In this document: piece after piece, positions 60,284-64,000 of the stretch
Layout: the number at the start of each line of letters is the position of its first letter
How positions within the stretch are numbered: the first letter of the stretch is position 1
Assembly: GCA_965261735.1 (NCBI GenBank)
Contig: OZ253470.1
Location: forward strand, 160,001 to 224,000
From: Alphaproteobacteria bacterium
GTDB lineage: Bacteria > Pseudomonadota > Alphaproteobacteria > SHVV01
Length of the DNA stretch: 64,000 nt
Direction of reading: 5' to 3'
Position numbers and translations under genes: made by a program
The notes under the pieces: model-generated
The model's database searches: none
Seen by the model: only the letters and a program-made list of their open reading frames with translations
What the model was told of the DNA's origin: nothing

Positions 60284-61831
60284 TTACTCCCATTCTATCG
60301 TGCCGGGCGGCTTGGAGGTAACGTCATAGACCACCCGGTTGACGCCCCTCACCTCATTGACGATACGGCTCGCCACGCGCCCCAAGAAATCCGCCGAAAA
60401 TGGATAGAAATCAACCGTCATGCCATCGACCGAGGTAACGGCGCGCAACGCCAGGACGTTTTCATACGAGCGCTCGTCACCCATGACGCCGACCGCGCGG
60501 ACGGGCAACAACACGGCAAATGCCTGCCAAATCGCGTCATACAATCCCGCTGACCTGATCTCTTCGATGTAAATCGCGTCGGCCGCCCTCAGGATGGCGA
60601 CCTTCGCGGCCGTGACGGCTCCCGGGATGCGAATCGCCAAGCCCGGGCCGGGAAACGGATGGCGCCCAATGACGGCATCCGGTAGCCCCAGTTCATGGCC
60701 GAGCCGGCGCACCTCGTCCTTGAACAGTTCGCGCAGCGGCTCCACCAGGGCGAGGCGCATACGCTCGGGAAGGCCGCCAACGTTGTGGTGCGACTTGATC
60801 GTGGCACTGGGCCCGCCGGTGAAGGACACCGACTCGATCACGTCGGGGTAGAGGGTGCCCTGTGCGAGGAAGTCGGCGCCGCCGATCTTGGCCGCCTCCT
60901 CCTCGAAAATGTCGATGAACGCCGCACCAATGGTGCGGCGCTTGTCCTCCGGATCGATCACGTCCTTGAGGCGGTCGAGGAAGATCGACGACGCGTCGCG
61001 ATGGACGAGCACCATGTTGTGGCGCTCGCGAAACAGGGAGGTGACCTCATCGGCCTCGCCGGTGCGCAGCAGGCCAGTATCGACAAAGACACACGTGAGC
61101 TGGTCGCCGATCGCCTCATGGAGCAGTGCCGCGGCAACCGTCGAATCGACGCCGCCCGAGAGGCCGCACAGCACGCGCCCGGTGCCGACCTGTTCGCGCA
61201 CCCGCGCCACCGCTGCGGCACGGAATCCAGCCATGGACCAGTCGCCACGGCAGCCCGCGACATGATGGGTGAAGTTGCGCAAGAGCGCCGCGCCATCCGG
61301 CGTGTGCACGACCTCGGGGTGGAACTGGACCCCGTAGAAGCGCTTCTCCTCGTCGGCGATAGCGGCGAAAGGCGCACCCTCGCTCACGGCGACGGTGCGG
61401 AAGCCGTCGGGCAAGCGCACGACCCGGTCGCCATGGCTCATCCACACCTGGTGGCGCTGGCCCGGCCTCCAGACGCCGTCGAAAAGCGCGCACGGCTCCT
61501 GGACATCGAGGAACGCACGACCGAATTCGCGATGTTCGGCGCGCTCGACCTCGCCGCCGAGCTGCGCGCACATGGACTGTTGGCCGTAGCAGATCCCGAG
61601 CACCGGCACGCCAAGGTCGAAGACGCGAGAGGGGGCCTGCGGCGGCGCCTCGTCGGCGACGGAGGCCGGGCCGCCGGAGAGTATGACGGCGCGCGGCGCG
61701 CCATCGTCGAGTGACGCTTCCGCGCGGGTGCAGGGAACGATCTCACAATAGACGCCGCTCTCGCGCACGCGGCGCGCGATGAGCTGGGTCACCTGCGATC
61801 CGAAATCGACAATCAGGACGCGGTCGCTCAT
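60284..61831 (-). CDS. guaA: GMP synthase (glutamine-hydrolysing)
   Basis: [32 protein letters not shown]. Confidence 0.98.
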   Translation of the reverse strand: MSDRVLIVDFGSQVTQLIARRVRESGVYCEIVPCTRAEASLDDGAPRAVILSGGPASVADEAPPQAPSRVFDLGVPVLGICYGQQSMCAQLGGEVERAEHREFGRAFLDVQEPCALFDGVWRPGQRHQVWMSHGDRVVRLPDGFRTVAVSEGAPFAAIADEEKRFYGVQFHPEVVHTPDGAALLRNFTHHVAGCRGDWSMAGFRAAAVARVREQVGTGRVLCGLSGGVDSTVAAALLHEAIGDQLTCVFVDTGLLRTGEADEVTSLFRERHNMVLVHRDASSIFLDRLKDVIDPEDKRRTIGAAFIDIFEEEAAKIGGADFLAQGTLYPDVIESVSFTGGPSATIKSHHNVGGLPERMRLALVEPLRELFKDEVRRLGHELGLPDAVIGRHPFPGPGLAIRIPGAVTAAKVAILRAADAIYIEEIRSAGLYDAIWQAFAVLLPVRAVGVMGDERSYENVLALRAVTSVDGMTVDFYPFSADFLGRVASRIVNEVRGVNRVVYDVTSKPPGTIEWE

Positions 61832-61927
61832 GTGCGAACGTAGCCGCCGCGGGCGGCAGGGGTCCAGCGCCGCGTGCCGCGGTTCGGGGTCAGCGCCCTC
61901 ACCGCGGGGGATCGGCCGCGGCGGAGG

Positions 61928-62446
61928 TCAGTAGCCCGTGTTGTGGGTCTTTTTGTATGCGGATATGGCCTTGTTCAGCTCGCGATACGCATCGCAATCG
62001 TAAGCGCAGATCTGGCCGAGCTTCTTCAGATGGCTTCGCGCCATTTTTAGGTCGTCGGTCTCGAGATAGGCCTCCCCGAGGTACTCATGCGCACCCTGAT
62101 GGTCGGGATTGAGCTCGAGGGCCAGGGCGTAGTGCTTGAACGCTTTGTCGAAATCGCCGGCTTTGCGAAAGCTGAATCCGAGCCAGTTCTGAGCGTCGGC
62201 GTTGGTGCCGTCGTTGGACAACACTTGTTGTAGCAAGCCCACCGCGCGCGACCAGTTCTCGGCCTCGACCGCTTTCATCGCCGCCGCGTAGTTCGGATCC
62301 TCGCTGCGCGCTTTGGCCGCCGACTTGGTCGACGACGCGCTCGACCCACTGTCACTCCTGCCGACCGCGATCGCCGCCCCCGGCATCAAAACGAGTGCGA
62401 GCGCCGCCACCAACAGCGGGCCCAGGAAGATGCTTCTTGGTGTCAT
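61928..62446 (-). CDS. Exported tetratricopeptide repeat protein
   Basis: Signal peptide; ADAQNWLGFSFRK, YALALELNPDHQGAHEYLGEAYL. Confidence 0.85.
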   Translation of the reverse strand: MTPRSIFLGPLLVAALALVLMPGAAIAVGRSDSGSSASSTKSAAKARSEDPNYAAAMKAVEAENWSRAVGLLQQVLSNDGTNADAQNWLGFSFRKAGDFDKAFKHYALALELNPDHQGAHEYLGEAYLETDDLKMARSHLKKLGQICAYDCDAYRELNKAISAYKKTHNTGY

Positions 62447-62600
62447 GCCATGTCCCCGTCGTGCAAACCTAAAGAACTTTGTCGCTATCATAACGCTCGT
62501 GGTGTGTTGATTCTTCCATTATGGAGGTCACTTTTTCACACGCTTTCGCGATCTCCTTCGCCGGCCCGCCCTGTATCCGCCCGGCCGCCACGAAGCCGGC

Positions 62601-64000
<1,400 letters not shown>

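Overview
High-GC alphaproteobacterial (Rhodospirillales-like) chromosome segment. Most of it is conserved housekeeping backbone: nrdJ 3' end, aspS, rnd, ppx-ppk1, hdaA, purN, ndk, holC-pepA, lptFGD-surA-pdxA-rsmA, gmk, mltG-fabF-acpP-fabG-fabD, rpsF-rpsR-rplI, cfa, dnaB-alr-mlaEF-radA-cvpA-purF, der-bamB, guaA and guaB. Three insertion-sequence pile-ups interrupt it, and their junctions resolve to the base from target-site duplications (TSDs). (1) 2394-7646: an IS1595 carrying three IS256 elements, inserted in the tail of an acyltransferase-cNMP gene. (2) 14628-19464: an IS1-like passenger-carrying element containing an apparent IS1380 one-ended transposition unit (DUF169 gene, radical-SAM fragment, IS3 end) and a truncated IS1595. 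(3) 57511-60253: an IS630 splitting a PAS histidine kinase, with an IS1595 just upstream. The best non-mobile candidate for a new system is at 674-2410. There a miniature PEP-CTERM-like sorted peptide has a sigma-54 promoter and two TGT-N11-ACA enhancer boxes, and it is divergent from an N-acyl-amino-acid-synthase-like enzyme fused to a cyclic-nucleotide sensor. Family assignments are from motif recall only; no searches were run.
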